A stretch of DNA of 64,000 nucleotides from an uncultured Methanosarcinales archaeon (GTDB taxonomy: Archaea > Nanobdellota > Nanobdellia > Woesearchaeales > WJKL01), in the NCBI GenBank assembly GCA_964521755.1, contig CAZFSZ010000002.1, positions 7,549-71,548 on the forward strand, read 5' to 3'. This document shows positions 28,206 to 38,230 of the stretch, piece after piece. Position 1 is the first letter of the stretch, and each line of letters opens with the position of its first letter. Made by a program: the position numbers and the translations under genes. The notes below the pieces were generated by a model. It was not told the DNA's origin. It ran no database searches and saw nothing but the letters and a program-made list of their open reading frames with translations.

Positions 28206-28506
28206 AGTTTGTCCAGATTGTGGGCTGCCAAAAGAACTATGTGTTTGTGAATCGATAGCAAAAGAAAGCCAAAAGATAACTGTGAAAACAGTTAAAAAAG
28301 CGTTTGGCAAGGTAAATACGGTGATTACAGGTATAGACGAAAAAGAGATAGATCTCAGGGATCTTGCAAAAACTCTAAAGACCAAGTTTGCCTGCGGAGG
28401 AACTGCAAAAGAAGGCAAGATTGAGCTGCAGGGGGATCACAGAAAAGATATAAAGGAAAGATTGGTTCAATACGGCTTTGCTCCAGAGGCAATTGAAGTT
28501 AAATAA
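28198..28506 (+). CDS. sui1: translation initiation factor SUI1 (aSUI1/eIF1 family)
   Basis: N-terminal CPDCGLPKELCVCE zinc knuckle, then ...ITGIDEKEIDLRDLAKTLKTKFACGGTAKEGKIELQGDHRKDIKERL. Confidence 0.85.
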   Translation: MAEVCPDCGLPKELCVCESIAKESQKITVKTVKKAFGKVNTVITGIDEKEIDLRDLAKTLKTKFACGGTAKEGKIELQGDHRKDIKERLVQYGFAPEAIEVK

Positions 28507-28509
28507 ACT

Positions 28510-28797
28510 TTGATAAAACAAAAGAACATAATGAAATCGGATTTAAAGAATATCATTAAGTCTGAGATCATAGGCCTAGAAGCTGAAGTTATAGGTTCAA
28601 AAAACAAGGATAATATAGGCATCAAAGGAACAATCATTGATGAAACAAAAAATACGGTTGTTATCAATGAAAAAAAAGGTTCAGAAAAAATAATGTTAAA
28701 AGACAACATAACCATAAATATCAAGGTAAACGATCAGACCGCTGCTGTCAAAGGAAAGCTGCTGTTTGGAAAACCAAAAGACAGGATAAAAAAATAG
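28510..28797 (+). CDS. rnp1: ribonuclease P protein component 1 (Rpp29/Pop4)
   Basis: IIGLEAEVIGSKNKDNIGIKGTIIDETKNTVVI...KGKLLFGKPKDRIKK; canonical position between L29/SUI1 and S17. Confidence 0.8.
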   Translation: MIKQKNIMKSDLKNIIKSEIIGLEAEVIGSKNKDNIGIKGTIIDETKNTVVINEKKGSEKIMLKDNITINIKVNDQTAAVKGKLLFGKPKDRIKK

Positions 28798-28816
28798 GCA
28801 ATGAGGAAGAACAAAT

Positions 28817-29290
28817 ATGGCAAAAGAAAAACAATGTACAGACAAGAAATGCCCTTTCCATGGTAATATAAAACTAAGGGGGAAGAGCTTTACTGGGGTA
28901 GTTTTAGCTAAAGATACCCATAACACTGCAACAGTTGAATGGTCTTATCCTGTAGTTATCCCAAAATATGAAAGAAGTGAGACAAGAAGAACAAAGATAC
29001 ATGTTCATAATCCTTCCTGTATAGATGCTGACATAGGTGACATTGTAAAGATTCAGGAAACAAGACCACTATCAAAGACAAAAAAATTCGTAATAGTTGA
29101 AAATATGGGAAAGAAAAAAGGGTTTATCGAAGAACTTGCTGCAAGAGAAGAAGCGACTGTAGAGGGAGCAGCAGAGCCTGAAACTAAAAAATCACCAGAA
29201 AAACCTGAAAAAGAAACAATGAAAGAAGAAAATAAAACAGAGAAAAAAAAGGAAAAAGAAAATGCTAAAGATTTAAAGAGGGGTAAATAA
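28817..29290 (+). CDS. rps17: 30S ribosomal protein S17 (uS17) with charged C-terminal extension
   Basis: CPFHGNIKLRGKSFTGVV...HVHNPSC... Confidence 0.9.
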   Translation: MAKEKQCTDKKCPFHGNIKLRGKSFTGVVLAKDTHNTATVEWSYPVVIPKYERSETRRTKIHVHNPSCIDADIGDIVKIQETRPLSKTKKFVIVENMGKKKGFIEELAAREEATVEGAAEPETKKSPEKPEKETMKEENKTEKKKEKENAKDLKRGK

Positions 29291-29292
29291 TA

Positions 29293-29694
29293 ATGCAGCC
29301 AATTAAAGCTAGAGTGACCAAAGCACTGCAGGCAGGTTCAAAGATTAAGACATGTGATAATTCAGGAGCCAAAGTCCTGAAAATATTCAGTGTAAAAGGT
29401 CACAAGACTGTAAAAGGAAGGGTCCAGGGAGCAGGAGTGGGGGATTTGGTTATTGCTTCTGTAAAAAGCGGCCGCCCCGATATAAGAAAACAAGTAGTTC
29501 CTGCAGTTGTTGTAAGGCAGAAAAAGGAATTCAGAAGACCTAACGGAACAAGAATCAAGTTCGAAGACAATGCTGCTGTTGTATTGAAAGATGATCAGGG
29601 AAACCCTAAAGGAACTATCTTTAAAGGACCCATTGCAAAAGAAGCCTGTGAAAGATGGCCTGGAATAGCAAAACTCGCAAAAATCATAGTATAA
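29293..29694 (+). CDS. rpl14: 50S ribosomal protein L14 (uL14)
   Basis: ...CDNSGAKVLKIFSVKG... Confidence 0.9.
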   Translation: MQPIKARVTKALQAGSKIKTCDNSGAKVLKIFSVKGHKTVKGRVQGAGVGDLVIASVKSGRPDIRKQVVPAVVVRQKKEFRRPNGTRIKFEDNAAVVLKDDQGNPKGTIFKGPIAKEACERWPGIAKLAKIIV

Positions 29695-29709
29695 AATTCA
29701 AATGATAAA

Positions 29710-30096
29710 ATGGCAAAAATAAAAAGATTTTCAAGAAACTGGAAAAAAAGCAAAAGCCCAAGAAAACAGCATAAGTATAGGTACAATGCTCCTCTTCATA
29801 CCAGAAATGATTTTGTTTCCATACACTTGTCAAAAGAACTTAGAAAAAAATATAGTAAAAGAAACTGTTCTGCTAAAAAAGGGGATTCAGTTAAAGTTTT
29901 GAGAGGAAGTTTTAAAGGAAAAACAGGAAAGATAAATGGGGTTGACCTGAAAAAATCAAAAATTTATGTTGACGGAATTGAATTATCCAAGAAAGACGGG
30001 ACTAAAGCATTTCCGCCTCTTGAACCATCAAATCTTATGCTTACAGAATTAAACCTTAACGACAAAAAAAGGGCTAAAATATTGGAACGGAAGTGA
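29710..30096 (+). CDS. rpl24: 50S ribosomal protein L24 (uL24, KOW)
   Basis: KKGDSVKVLRGSFKGKTGKINGVD. Confidence 0.9.
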   Translation: MAKIKRFSRNWKKSKSPRKQHKYRYNAPLHTRNDFVSIHLSKELRKKYSKRNCSAKKGDSVKVLRGSFKGKTGKINGVDLKKSKIYVDGIELSKKDGTKAFPPLEPSNLMLTELNLNDKKRAKILERK

Positions 30097-30101
30097 TATG
30101 A

Positions 30102-30806
30102 ATGGGAAGTAGAGTAGAAAAACATTTGTCAAGGCTTGCAATGCCAAGAACATGGAAAATAAAAAGAAAAGATAAAAAATGGGTTACCAGACCTTTGCCT
30201 GGCACTCACTCATTTAAACTAGGCATGCCTATCAACTTGATAATCAGAAACATATTATCATATACCCGAACAACAAAAGAAACAAAATATATTCTTAACA
30301 ACCAAGAAATACTTGTAGATCAGGTAAGAAGAAAAAGCCACAGGTTTATTGTGGGTCTTATGGACGTAATATCTACTCCAAAGATAAAAGAAAATTTCAG
30401 AATACTGTTAGATAAAAAAGGAAAGATAATCACTTTCCCTATAGATAAAAATGAGGCCAAGGTCAAACCTTGCAAGGTAAAGGGAAAAACATCAATTAAG
30501 AAAGGAAAAATACAGCTTAACTTGTTTGATGGAAAAAATATTATTTTATCAAAAGAAAAGAAAATTAGTGTTGGGGATACTGTCTTGATAGATCTCCCTT
30601 CTCAAAAAATAAAAGAATCGTTCAAGCTTGAAAAAAAGGCTTTTGTTTATCTTACGGGTGGAAAACATGTTGGTGAGACAGGAACTATTGAAGATATAAA
30701 AGATAATTTAATCATTTACAAAAGAGGTAAAAATAAATTCGAGACGCTTAAAAAATATGCTTTTGTTATAGGAAAAGAAAAGCCAGCCATTAAGATACCA
30801 GAATAA
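30102..30806 (+). CDS. rps4e: 30S ribosomal protein S4e
   Basis: MGSRVEKHLSRLAMPRTWKIKRK... Confidence 0.9.
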   Translation: MGSRVEKHLSRLAMPRTWKIKRKDKKWVTRPLPGTHSFKLGMPINLIIRNILSYTRTTKETKYILNNQEILVDQVRRKSHRFIVGLMDVISTPKIKENFRILLDKKGKIITFPIDKNEAKVKPCKVKGKTSIKKGKIQLNLFDGKNIILSKEKKISVGDTVLIDLPSQKIKESFKLEKKAFVYLTGGKHVGETGTIEDIKDNLIIYKRGKNKFETLKKYAFVIGKEKPAIKIPE

Positions 30807-30807
30807 G

Positions 30808-31323
30808 ATGAATTCCATGAGAAAAATAAGGATAGAGAAGATTACCCTAAATATAGGTACTGGAAAAGACCAGAATAAACTAAAGAAAGGCATTAAATTG
30901 CTTAAAACTATAACAGGAATAAAGCCTATCCAGACAACTGCAAAAAAAAGGATACCTGGTTGGGGTATAAGACCTGGACTCCCTATAGGATGCAAACTGA
31001 CTCTTAGAAAGAAAAAAGCCGAAGAGATACTCCCTAAACTGCTTGAAGCCAGAGACAATATTCTATCTCCAAAACAGTTTAACTCATCTGGCAATCTTGC
31101 ATTTGGTGTTCCTGAATATATAAATATTCCTGGAATAAAATATGATCCTGATATTGGAATAATAGGATTAGAAGTATGTGTTACACTAGAAAGGCCGGGA
31201 TTTAGGATTAAAAGAAGGAAGATAAAGACAAAAAAAATACCAAAAAAACATAATATAACAAAAGATGAAGCAATGGATTTTATGTCTAAAGAATTTAATA
31301 TAAAGATAGGTGAAAAAGAATGA
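30808..31323 (+). CDS. rpl5: 50S ribosomal protein L5 (uL5)
   Basis: ...[13 protein letters not shown]... Confidence 0.9.
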   Translation: MNSMRKIRIEKITLNIGTGKDQNKLKKGIKLLKTITGIKPIQTTAKKRIPGWGIRPGLPIGCKLTLRKKKAEEILPKLLEARDNILSPKQFNSSGNLAFGVPEYINIPGIKYDPDIGIIGLEVCVTLERPGFRIKRRKIKTKKIPKKHNITKDEAMDFMSKEFNIKIGEKE

Positions 31324-31550
31324 GTTCAAGCAGCCACAAAAAAGTATTCAAACAATTGAAATCAAAACCTGCAAAATTAAAGAAATTTATCAAACATAAT
31401 GCTCCTAAAGAAAGAAGTTGCGGCAAAGCATTAAAGACCTGCAGCAAATGCGGAAGAATAGGCGGCCACATAAATAAATATGGTCTAAATCTTTGCAGAC
31501 AATGCTTTAAAGAAATAGCAACCAAAATAGGATTCAAAAAATATAGTTAA
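31320..31550 (+). CDS. rps14: 30S ribosomal protein S14 (uS14, zinc-binding type)
   Basis: [34 protein letters not shown]. Confidence 0.85.
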   Translation: MSSSSHKKVFKQLKSKPAKLKKFIKHNAPKERSCGKALKTCSKCGRIGGHINKYGLNLCRQCFKEIATKIGFKKYS

Positions 31551-31559
31551 GGTGAGAAA

Positions 31560-31949
31560 ATGTTAAACAACCCGCTTGCAAATGCTTTATCAAAAATAAT
31601 GAATGCCGAGAGATTAGGTAAAAGCTCTTGTATAGTTAAGCCAGTCTCCAAGGTTATAATTCAGACATTAAATATTATGCAGGAAAATAAATTTATCGGA
31701 GAATTTAAGGAAACTGAAAAAAGAAAAGGTAGAGCCGTCAAAATAGAGCTATTAGGTAAGATTAACAAATGTGGAGTAATAAGACCTCCTTATTCATCAA
31801 AAAAAGATGGGTTTGAAAGATTTGAGCAAAAATATTTACCTGCAAAAGGTTTTGGTATCCTCATAGTATCAACCCCTTATGGGATTATGACCCAAGAAAA
31901 TGCTATAGGAAAAGAAAGTGGGGGAGTTTTGCTGGCATATTGTTATTAA
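31560..31949 (+). CDS. rps8: 30S ribosomal protein S8 (uS8)
   Basis: MLNNPLANALSKIMNAERLGK... Confidence 0.9.
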   Translation: MLNNPLANALSKIMNAERLGKSSCIVKPVSKVIIQTLNIMQENKFIGEFKETEKRKGRAVKIELLGKINKCGVIRPPYSSKKDGFERFEQKYLPAKGFGILIVSTPYGIMTQENAIGKESGGVLLAYCY

Positions 31950-31983
31950 AAAGATAAGAAATAGATATAGAAATTAGATAAAA

Positions 31984-32535
31984 ATGAAACAAGACATCAA
32001 AGAAAAGATAAAAATTCCGGAAAAGACAGAGATTCAGATAGATAAAGGTATGATAAAAGCCAAAGGACCCGAAGGAGAAGTTTCAAAAAAACTCATCAAT
32101 CCAAAAGTAAAGATTGAAATTGAGGACAAACACATCATATTTTCAGCAAAAAAAGGAACTAAAAGAGAAAAAAAGATAATTGAAACATTCAAATCCCACA
32201 TAAGAAACGTAATCCAAGGCGTGTCTGAAAATCACACATATAGGCTGAAGATATGCTCTACTCATTTTCCTATGACTGCATCAATCAAAGATAATGAATT
32301 TGTCCTGCAGAATTTCTTGGGTGAAAAAGTGCCTAGAAAATTAAAGATCAAAGAAAATGTTGATGTAAAGATAGAAAGCGAGGAGATAATTGTTGAAAGC
32401 CCTGACAAAGAGCTTGCTGGACAGACTGCAGCATCAATAGAAGGACTCTGTAGGATAAGCGGAAGGGATAGAAGAGTTTTCCAGGATGGAATATATATAA
32501 TATCAAAATCAGAAAAAAAGATAGAAAATGAATAA
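31984..32535 (+). CDS. rpl6: 50S ribosomal protein L6 (uL6)
   Basis: Two-domain L6 pattern; position in cluster. Confidence 0.9.
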   Translation: MKQDIKEKIKIPEKTEIQIDKGMIKAKGPEGEVSKKLINPKVKIEIEDKHIIFSAKKGTKREKKIIETFKSHIRNVIQGVSENHTYRLKICSTHFPMTASIKDNEFVLQNFLGEKVPRKLKIKENVDVKIESEEIIVESPDKELAGQTAASIEGLCRISGRDRRVFQDGIYIISKSEKKIENE

Positions 32536-33118
32536 AGACAAACTTTTAAGATTAAGGAAGAAAATAAAATCAAGGAAACCCGAGTTTGTTAGCCAGGATT
32601 CCCATAAAAGAAAAAGGATAAGAAAAAGATGGAACAAGCCCAGAGGATGGCAGTCAAAGATAAGACTTGGCAAAAAAGGGTATAGAAAGATGGTAACTCC
32701 TGGATACGGCTCTCCAAAAAAAGTATATGGTCTTAAGAAAGGATTAAAGCCCATAATGATATCTTCTGAAATTGAATTAGAAAAATTAAAAGCCCAGATA
32801 GATAAAAAAGGGCAGGGAATTATCATTGCAGGTTCTATAGGAAGTAAAAAAAGAATTAGCATAATAAAAAAAGCCAAGCAGGAAGGCATCAATATCATAA
32901 ATATTAACAATCCAGAAAAATATCTTAAGAAAATAGATGAAATAAAAAAGAAGAAAAAACAAGATAAAGAGCAAAAATTAAAAGAGAAAAAAGAAAAAAA
33001 GAAAGCAAAAGAAAAGAAAGAGAAAAAAGAGTCAAAACTTGAAAAGCTTTCTGAAGAAGAAAAACAAAGGCTCAAGAAAAAAGAAAAAGACAAAATATTG
33101 ACAAAAAAGGAAAACTAA
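32528..33118 (+). CDS. rpl32e: 50S ribosomal protein L32e with long Lys/Glu-rich C-terminal tail
   Basis: ...QDSHKRKRIRKRWNKPRGWQSKIRLGKKGYRK... then ~70 aa of KKKKQDKEQKLKEKKEKK low complexity. Confidence 0.85.
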   Translation: MNKDKLLRLRKKIKSRKPEFVSQDSHKRKRIRKRWNKPRGWQSKIRLGKKGYRKMVTPGYGSPKKVYGLKKGLKPIMISSEIELEKLKAQIDKKGQGIIIAGSIGSKKRISIIKKAKQEGINIININNPEKYLKKIDEIKKKKKQDKEQKLKEKKEKKKAKEKKEKKESKLEKLSEEEKQRLKKKEKDKILTKKEN

Positions 33119-33119
33119 A

Positions 33120-33581
33120 ATGAAATTCAATCTCCAAAAAAGGCTTGCTGCAGACATATTGAGATGTTCGGAAAGCAGGGTTGTATTTAATCAGGACAGG
33201 CTTGAAAATATCAAAGAAGCCATCACTAAATTAGATATAAAATCCCTAATCAATGAACATGCAATAAAAGAAAAACAAAAAAAAGGCAATTCAAGGTTCC
33301 GGGCAAGAAAGATAAAGATCCAAAAAAGAAAAGGAAAGAGAAAAGGGCCTGGTTCAAAAAAAGGCAAAAAAACATCAAGACTTTCCAAGAAAAAAGCTTG
33401 GATGAACAAGATAAGAAAACAAAGAGCTTTCCTTAAACAATTAAGAGACAAAGATATAATCACTAAACAAAATTATCATACCCTCTATCAAAAAGCCAAA
33501 GGGGGCTTTTTCAGAAGCAAGCGCCATATTAAATTATATCTGGAAGAACATAAGCTCGCAAAAAAACCAGAGGAAAAATAA
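33120..33581 (+). CDS. rpl19e: 50S ribosomal protein L19e
   Basis: MKFNLQKRLAADILRCSESRVVFNQDRLENIKEAIT... Confidence 0.9.
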   Translation: MKFNLQKRLAADILRCSESRVVFNQDRLENIKEAITKLDIKSLINEHAIKEKQKKGNSRFRARKIKIQKRKGKRKGPGSKKGKKTSRLSKKKAWMNKIRKQRAFLKQLRDKDIITKQNYHTLYQKAKGGFFRSKRHIKLYLEEHKLAKKPEEK

Positions 33582-33594
33582 AAATTAAAACGAA

Positions 33595-34113
33595 ATGATA
33601 AATTCAAAAAGGTACAATGTTCCATTAAGAAGGAAAAGAGAAGGAAAGACTAATTATAAAAAAAGGCTAAAAATATTAAAATCAGGAAAGCCTAGGTTAG
33701 TCATAAGGATATTTTTGAATAGCGTCACTGCCCAGATAATCAAATATCAAACTAAAGGAGATAAGGTTATTGCAGCTGCATCATCTCGCGAACTTGAAAA
33801 AAAAGGTTGGAAATATAATAAAAGCAATTTACCTGCGGCTTATCTGACCGGTATTTTGGTCGGTAAAAAAGCGGTTGATGCTAGAATAAAAGATGCTATT
33901 CTTGACACGGGATTAAATCACCCCACTAAAGGTTCACGGATATTTGCCTGTTTAAAAGGTGCTTTGGATGCTGGACTTGAAGTGCCCCATAAAAAAGAAA
34001 TATTTCCTTCAGAAGAAAGGATAAAGGGAGAGCATATAGCTAAATTTAATAAAAACTCTTCAGAAATCACTAAAACATTTGAAGAAGTCAAAAACAACAT
34101 CAAGGTGAAATAA
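33595..34113 (+). CDS. rpl18: 50S ribosomal protein L18 (uL18)
   Basis: ...RLVIRIFLNSVTAQIIKYQTKGDKVIAAASSREL... Confidence 0.9.
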   Translation: MINSKRYNVPLRRKREGKTNYKKRLKILKSGKPRLVIRIFLNSVTAQIIKYQTKGDKVIAAASSRELEKKGWKYNKSNLPAAYLTGILVGKKAVDARIKDAILDTGLNHPTKGSRIFACLKGALDAGLEVPHKKEIFPSEERIKGEHIAKFNKNSSEITKTFEEVKNNIKVK

Positions 34114-34115
34114 TA

Positions 34116-35066
34116 ATGCCAAAAGTAAAAAAGAAATTTCCAGAAAAAGAAAAAGAAGGGCAGGAAACAGTTCCTGAAAAAAATAAAAAAAGAAAGAAAA
34201 AGCGTGATAGATCCAAAAAAGGGTTTAGTAGGGAATTTGATAAAGATGCCTGGAAACCTAAAACAAATTTAGGCAAAAAAGTAAAGTCAGGTGAGGTAGA
34301 TGATGTTGAATATATATTAGATAATGGATTAAACATACTTGAAGCAGAGATAATCGATACACTTGTCCCTAATACAGAAGTTGAACTTTTGCTTGTAGGA
34401 CAATCAAAAGGTAAATTTGGTGGAGGAAGCAGAAGAATATTTAGACAGACCCAGAAAAAAACCAGAGAAGGTAATAAGCCTAAGTTCGCAACTATTGCTG
34501 CAATTGGGAATAAAAATGGCTATATTGGATTGGGTTATGGAAAAAGCAAGGAAACAGTCCCTGCAAGAGAAAAATCCATCAGAAATGCAAAATTAAATTT
34601 GTTCAAGATTAGAAGGGGCTGCGGAAGCTGGCAGTGCGGGTGTAAAGAACCCCACACAATACCTTACAAAGTAGAGGGAAAATGTGGTTCGGTCATATTA
34701 AAATTATTCCCTGCTCCAAAAGGAACTGGACTGAAAATAGAGAACGAATGCGGAAAAATTCTGGAATTGGCAGGAATAAAAGATGTGTGGTCAAAAACAC
34801 TTGGTAAAGCAGGCACTAAATATAATCTTATCTATGCCTGTATCAAAGCTCTTAAAAGATTGATGACTGTAAGAACAAAAGCAAATGATGCTTCTGTTCT
34901 TGGGCTTGTAGAAGGGAAAATAAAGGCTGAAAAAGAACCTTCTGCAAATGATTTTAAAGAAATAATTCCTGAAGATAAAGAATCTAAAATAAAAGAAGCA
35001 AAAAAACAGCCTGAAGAAAAGAATAGCAAAATAGAAAAAGAAAAAACTAAAGATAAAAAAGAATAA
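34116..35066 (+). CDS. rps5: 30S ribosomal protein S5 (uS5) with N- and C-terminal Lys/Glu-rich extensions and a Cys-containing insertion
   Basis: S5 dsRBD and C-domain (...GYIGLGYGKSKETVPAREKSIRNAK...; ...GTGLKIENECGKILELAGIKDVWSKTLG...). Insert RRGCGSWQCGCKEPH. 316 aa against ~220 typical. Confidence 0.85.
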   Translation: MPKVKKKFPEKEKEGQETVPEKNKKRKKKRDRSKKGFSREFDKDAWKPKTNLGKKVKSGEVDDVEYILDNGLNILEAEIIDTLVPNTEVELLLVGQSKGKFGGGSRRIFRQTQKKTREGNKPKFATIAAIGNKNGYIGLGYGKSKETVPAREKSIRNAKLNLFKIRRGCGSWQCGCKEPHTIPYKVEGKCGSVILKLFPAPKGTGLKIENECGKILELAGIKDVWSKTLGKAGTKYNLIYACIKALKRLMTVRTKANDASVLGLVEGKIKAEKEPSANDFKEIIPEDKESKIKEAKKQPEEKNSKIEKEKTKDKKE

Positions 35067-35068
35067 AA

Positions 35069-35482
35069 ATGGAAAAAGAAAAACAAAAAAAAGCAGAGAA
35101 AAAAATTCCAAAAAAGAAAAAAGATTGTAAAAAGATAGCTATAGTTAGAGTCAGAGGTTCTGTCAAGGTAAAAAGAGAGACAAAAGATACATTACATATG
35201 CTCAATCTTTACAAACAAAATAATTGTGTTATCTTAGATGCAAGTCCAAGCAGCATTGGAATGCTTAAAAAAGTGCAGGGTTTTGTTACATGGGGAGAAA
35301 TAGATGATCAAACCCTTAAATTGCTAAAAGAAAAAAGAGGGAAAAAAGATTCAAAAATCTTTAGGCTGCATCCTCCTAGAAAAGGCTTTAAAAGAAAAGG
35401 GATAAAGCTTCCTTTTAACAAAGGGGGCGCACTTGGATATAGGGAAGAAAAGATAAATGAATTAATCAAAAAGATGATTTAA
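35069..35482 (+). CDS. rpl30: 50S ribosomal protein L30 (uL30)
   Basis: IAIVRVRGSVKVKRETKDTLHMLNL. Confidence 0.9.
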   Translation: MEKEKQKKAEKKIPKKKKDCKKIAIVRVRGSVKVKRETKDTLHMLNLYKQNNCVILDASPSSIGMLKKVQGFVTWGEIDDQTLKLLKEKRGKKDSKIFRLHPPRKGFKRKGIKLPFNKGGALGYREEKINELIKKMI

Positions 35483-36019
35483 ATGGTAGTAAACAAAAGA
35501 AAAAGCAAGTCAAGAAGACGTGGAAGTACAACTCATGGCTGTGGCTCTATGAAAAAAAGAAGAGGAGCTGGCAACCGTGGAGGCAGAGGCATGGCTGGAA
35601 CAGGAAAAAAAGGAGACGCTAAAAAACCTTCTATATGGAAAAATCCTAAATATTTTGGAAAACACGGCTTCAAGAAAAAAGGGGTTTCTAGACCGACAAA
35701 AGCTATCAATCTTGATTATTTTGAAGAAAAATTTGATAAGTTGTTAGCAAAAAAACTAATAAAAAAAGAAGATGATATTTATATTATCGATGTTAAAAAT
35801 CTTGGATTCAACAAGGTTTTAAGCAGCGGAAAGTTGACTAAAAAATATAGAATCATCTCTCCATCTTTCTCCAAAAAAGCAGTTAAAAAAATAGAGTCAG
35901 CTGGAGGAGAAGCAGTAGAATCAGAAAAACCCAAGCCAAAAAAAGAAATTGAAGAAAAGAAAAAAGAAGAAAAACAGTCTATTAAAAAAACATCTCCTGC
36001 AGGGGAAACTGAAAAATGA
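35483..36019 (+). CDS. rpl15: 50S ribosomal protein L15 (uL15)
   Basis: Basic N-terminus RRRGSTTHGCGSMKKRRGAGNRGGRGMAGTGKKG. Confidence 0.9.
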   Translation: MVVNKRKSKSRRRGSTTHGCGSMKKRRGAGNRGGRGMAGTGKKGDAKKPSIWKNPKYFGKHGFKKKGVSRPTKAINLDYFEEKFDKLLAKKLIKKEDDIYIIDVKNLGFNKVLSSGKLTKKYRIISPSFSKKAVKKIESAGGEAVESEKPKPKKEIEEKKKEEKQSIKKTSPAGETEK

Positions 36020-37404
36020 GTTTATGGGATTCTATCTTAGATAATCTGCCTGAAGTTAAGGGACCTGAACAAAAAAGGCTTTCTTTTAAAGAAAAATTAA
36101 AATGGACCTTGATTACTTTAGTGATATTTTTCATTCTTGGATTAATTCCCTTGTTTGGGCTTGGAGCAAATGCGCTGCAGCAGTTTGAATATTTATCTTT
36201 GATTCTTGGAGCTAAATTTGGTTCTATCATTTCGCTTGGTATTGGTCCTATCGTTACTGCTTCCATTGTTTTGCAGCTTCTTAATGGTTCAGGCCTGGTT
36301 AAGTTTGATTTAAACTCTCCAGAAGGGAAAAAAAGATTTCAGGGAACCCAAAAATTATTAGCAATATTTTTTATCATATTTGAAGCAGCTATCTATGTAT
36401 TCATGGGTGGGCTTGCTCCTGCCCAGGAATTTATTGGAACAGGACTTTATTTCCAGCTACAGTCATTATTAGTATTTCAGTTGTTCCTTGGAGGTATGCT
36501 GATATTGTTCATGGATGAGATTATTTCAAAATGGGGCTTTGGTTCAGGAATAAGCTTGTTTATTGCTGCAGGTGTATCTGAACAGATATTCATAAGAGCT
36601 CTTTCACCGCTTGCCTCTCCTACCAATCCAAATATTGCTACAGGAGCTATTCCTGCACTTTTTCAGTCTTTGTCTGCAGGAGACCCTGTAACTGCAGCAT
36701 TAATGATTGCAGCTGTAATCTCAACAATACTTGTCTTCTGTATCGCTGTTTACGGACAAGCTATGAAAGTAGAGATTCCCTTGTCTTTTGGAAGGGTTCG
36801 TGGCCATGGAATAAGATGGCCTTTAAGTTTTATCTACACATCTAACATCCCAGTTATATTGATTGCAGCATTAATGGCCAATATACAATTATGGGCAAGA
36901 CTGCTCCAAAATTGGGGCCACCCTATTTTAGGAACATTTGTAGGGAACAGTCCAGCATCTGGATTAGTAGCCTGGCTGGCTTCTCCGAATATAGTTGGAA
37001 AACTGATAAAAGGTAGCCTTACGTTTGCAGATGTTTCTCATGGTTTGGTTTATATGCTTATTATGGTGGGTGGAGCAGTTATGTTTTCAATATTTTGGAT
37101 GCAAACTTCAGGAATGGATGCCAAATCACAGGCCCAAAAGATAATGTCATCCGGTTTGCAGATACCTGGATTCAGACGTGACCAAAGGGTTTTAGAAAGA
37201 TTATTAAACAGATACATCTGGCCACTAACAGTTATGGGTGCCATAACTGTGGGATTCATTGCTGCAATAGCAGACTTATCAGGAGCATTAAGCAGAGGAA
37301 CAGGAATATTACTTGCTGTCATGATTATTTATAGGCTGTATGAAGAAATCGCTAAACAGCACATGTATGACATGCATCCTATGATGCGTAAATTTATGGA
37401 ATAA
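36016..37404 (+). CDS. secY: preprotein translocase subunit SecY
   Basis: 10-TM protein following L15; ...GIGPIVTASIVLQLL... Confidence 0.9.
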   Translation: MSLWDSILDNLPEVKGPEQKRLSFKEKLKWTLITLVIFFILGLIPLFGLGANALQQFEYLSLILGAKFGSIISLGIGPIVTASIVLQLLNGSGLVKFDLNSPEGKKRFQGTQKLLAIFFIIFEAAIYVFMGGLAPAQEFIGTGLYFQLQSLLVFQLFLGGMLILFMDEIISKWGFGSGISLFIAAGVSEQIFIRALSPLASPTNPNIATGAIPALFQSLSAGDPVTAALMIAAVISTILVFCIAVYGQAMKVEIPLSFGRVRGHGIRWPLSFIYTSNIPVILIAALMANIQLWARLLQNWGHPILGTFVGNSPASGLVAWLASPNIVGKLIKGSLTFADVSHGLVYMLIMVGGAVMFSIFWMQTSGMDAKSQAQKIMSSGLQIPGFRRDQRVLERLLNRYIWPLTVMGAITVGFIAAIADLSGALSRGTGILLAVMIIYRLYEEIAKQHMYDMHPMMRKFME

Positions 37405-37457
37405 AATAAAAAAACATAAGCTTATTAAAGGCTTAAAAAATAATAACAATATACAAA

Positions 37458-38216
37458 ATGTTTGAAACAATACTTAATCCGGTGTTTTCACCATTGTTAA
37501 AACTGCCTGCTTTATGGGCAATATTGATAATTTCATTACTTGTTGCTCTTTTGATTACCTTGATATACAAATGGATGACCGATCAACATCTGATGAAAAA
37601 ACTAAAAGAAGATATAAAGAACTTTCAGAAACAGATGAAGGAACTTAAAGACAAGCCTCAAGAAATCATGAAAGTTCAGAAAAGAGCGATGCAAACAAAT
37701 ATGAAGTATATGATGCATTCTTTAAAACCTACATTAATAACCTTTATCCCCATTATAATCATATTCAGTTGGTTAAATGCAAATCTTGCATATGAATCTA
37801 TAAACCCTGGCCAGGAATTTACAACCTCTGCTTTGTTTGACAAAGAAGCTACTGGGGATATAAAATTGATTGCACCCGAAGGGATTAAAATAATTGATAA
37901 TGCAACAAAATCAATAACAAATAAACAGATTAACTGGACATTAAAAGGAACTACAGGAAATTATATCCTAGAATATGAATACAACAATAAAAGCTATCAA
38001 AAAGAAATATTGATAACTGAACAAAGAGATTATGAAGAACCCGTTAAAGTTATAAATAAAGGCAGATTGAATCAATTAATAGTTAATAATAAAAAAGTTA
38101 CCCCTCTTTCATTCACAGGAATTCCATGGGTTAAAAACTGGGGCTGGCTTGGAACATATATCATATTTTCCATTATATTCAGCATGAGTTTAAGAAAAAT
38201 TTTAAAAATACATTAA
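37458..38216 (+). CDS. DUF106/EMC3-like membrane protein (archaeal Oxa1/YidC-superfamily insertase homolog) with extra C-terminal soluble domain
   Basis: TM1, then coiled coil (KKLKEDIKNFQKQMKELKDKPQEIMKVQKRAMQ), then TM, the pattern of DUF106 proteins that follow secY in archaea. An additional ~120-aa hydrophilic domain and a terminal TM are also present. Confidence 0.5.
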   Translation: MFETILNPVFSPLLKLPALWAILIISLLVALLITLIYKWMTDQHLMKKLKEDIKNFQKQMKELKDKPQEIMKVQKRAMQTNMKYMMHSLKPTLITFIPIIIIFSWLNANLAYESINPGQEFTTSALFDKEATGDIKLIAPEGIKIIDNATKSITNKQINWTLKGTTGNYILEYEYNNKSYQKEILITEQRDYEEPVKVINKGRLNQLIVNNKKVTPLSFTGIPWVKNWGWLGTYIIFSIIFSMSLRKILKIH

Positions 38217-38230
38217 AATAACTGAAAAAA

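Noticed and set aside
32509-33093. 194-aa minus-strand ORF, along with many other long antisense ORFs in the track (766..1074, 1103..1477, 26850..27152, 34791..35111, 15981..16466, 18832..19347, 22519..23022 and others)
   Set aside because: They lie antisense to well-supported genes and translate to Phe/Ser/Leu-rich low-complexity sequence, typical of reading AT-rich Lys/Glu-rich genes backwards. Not genes.
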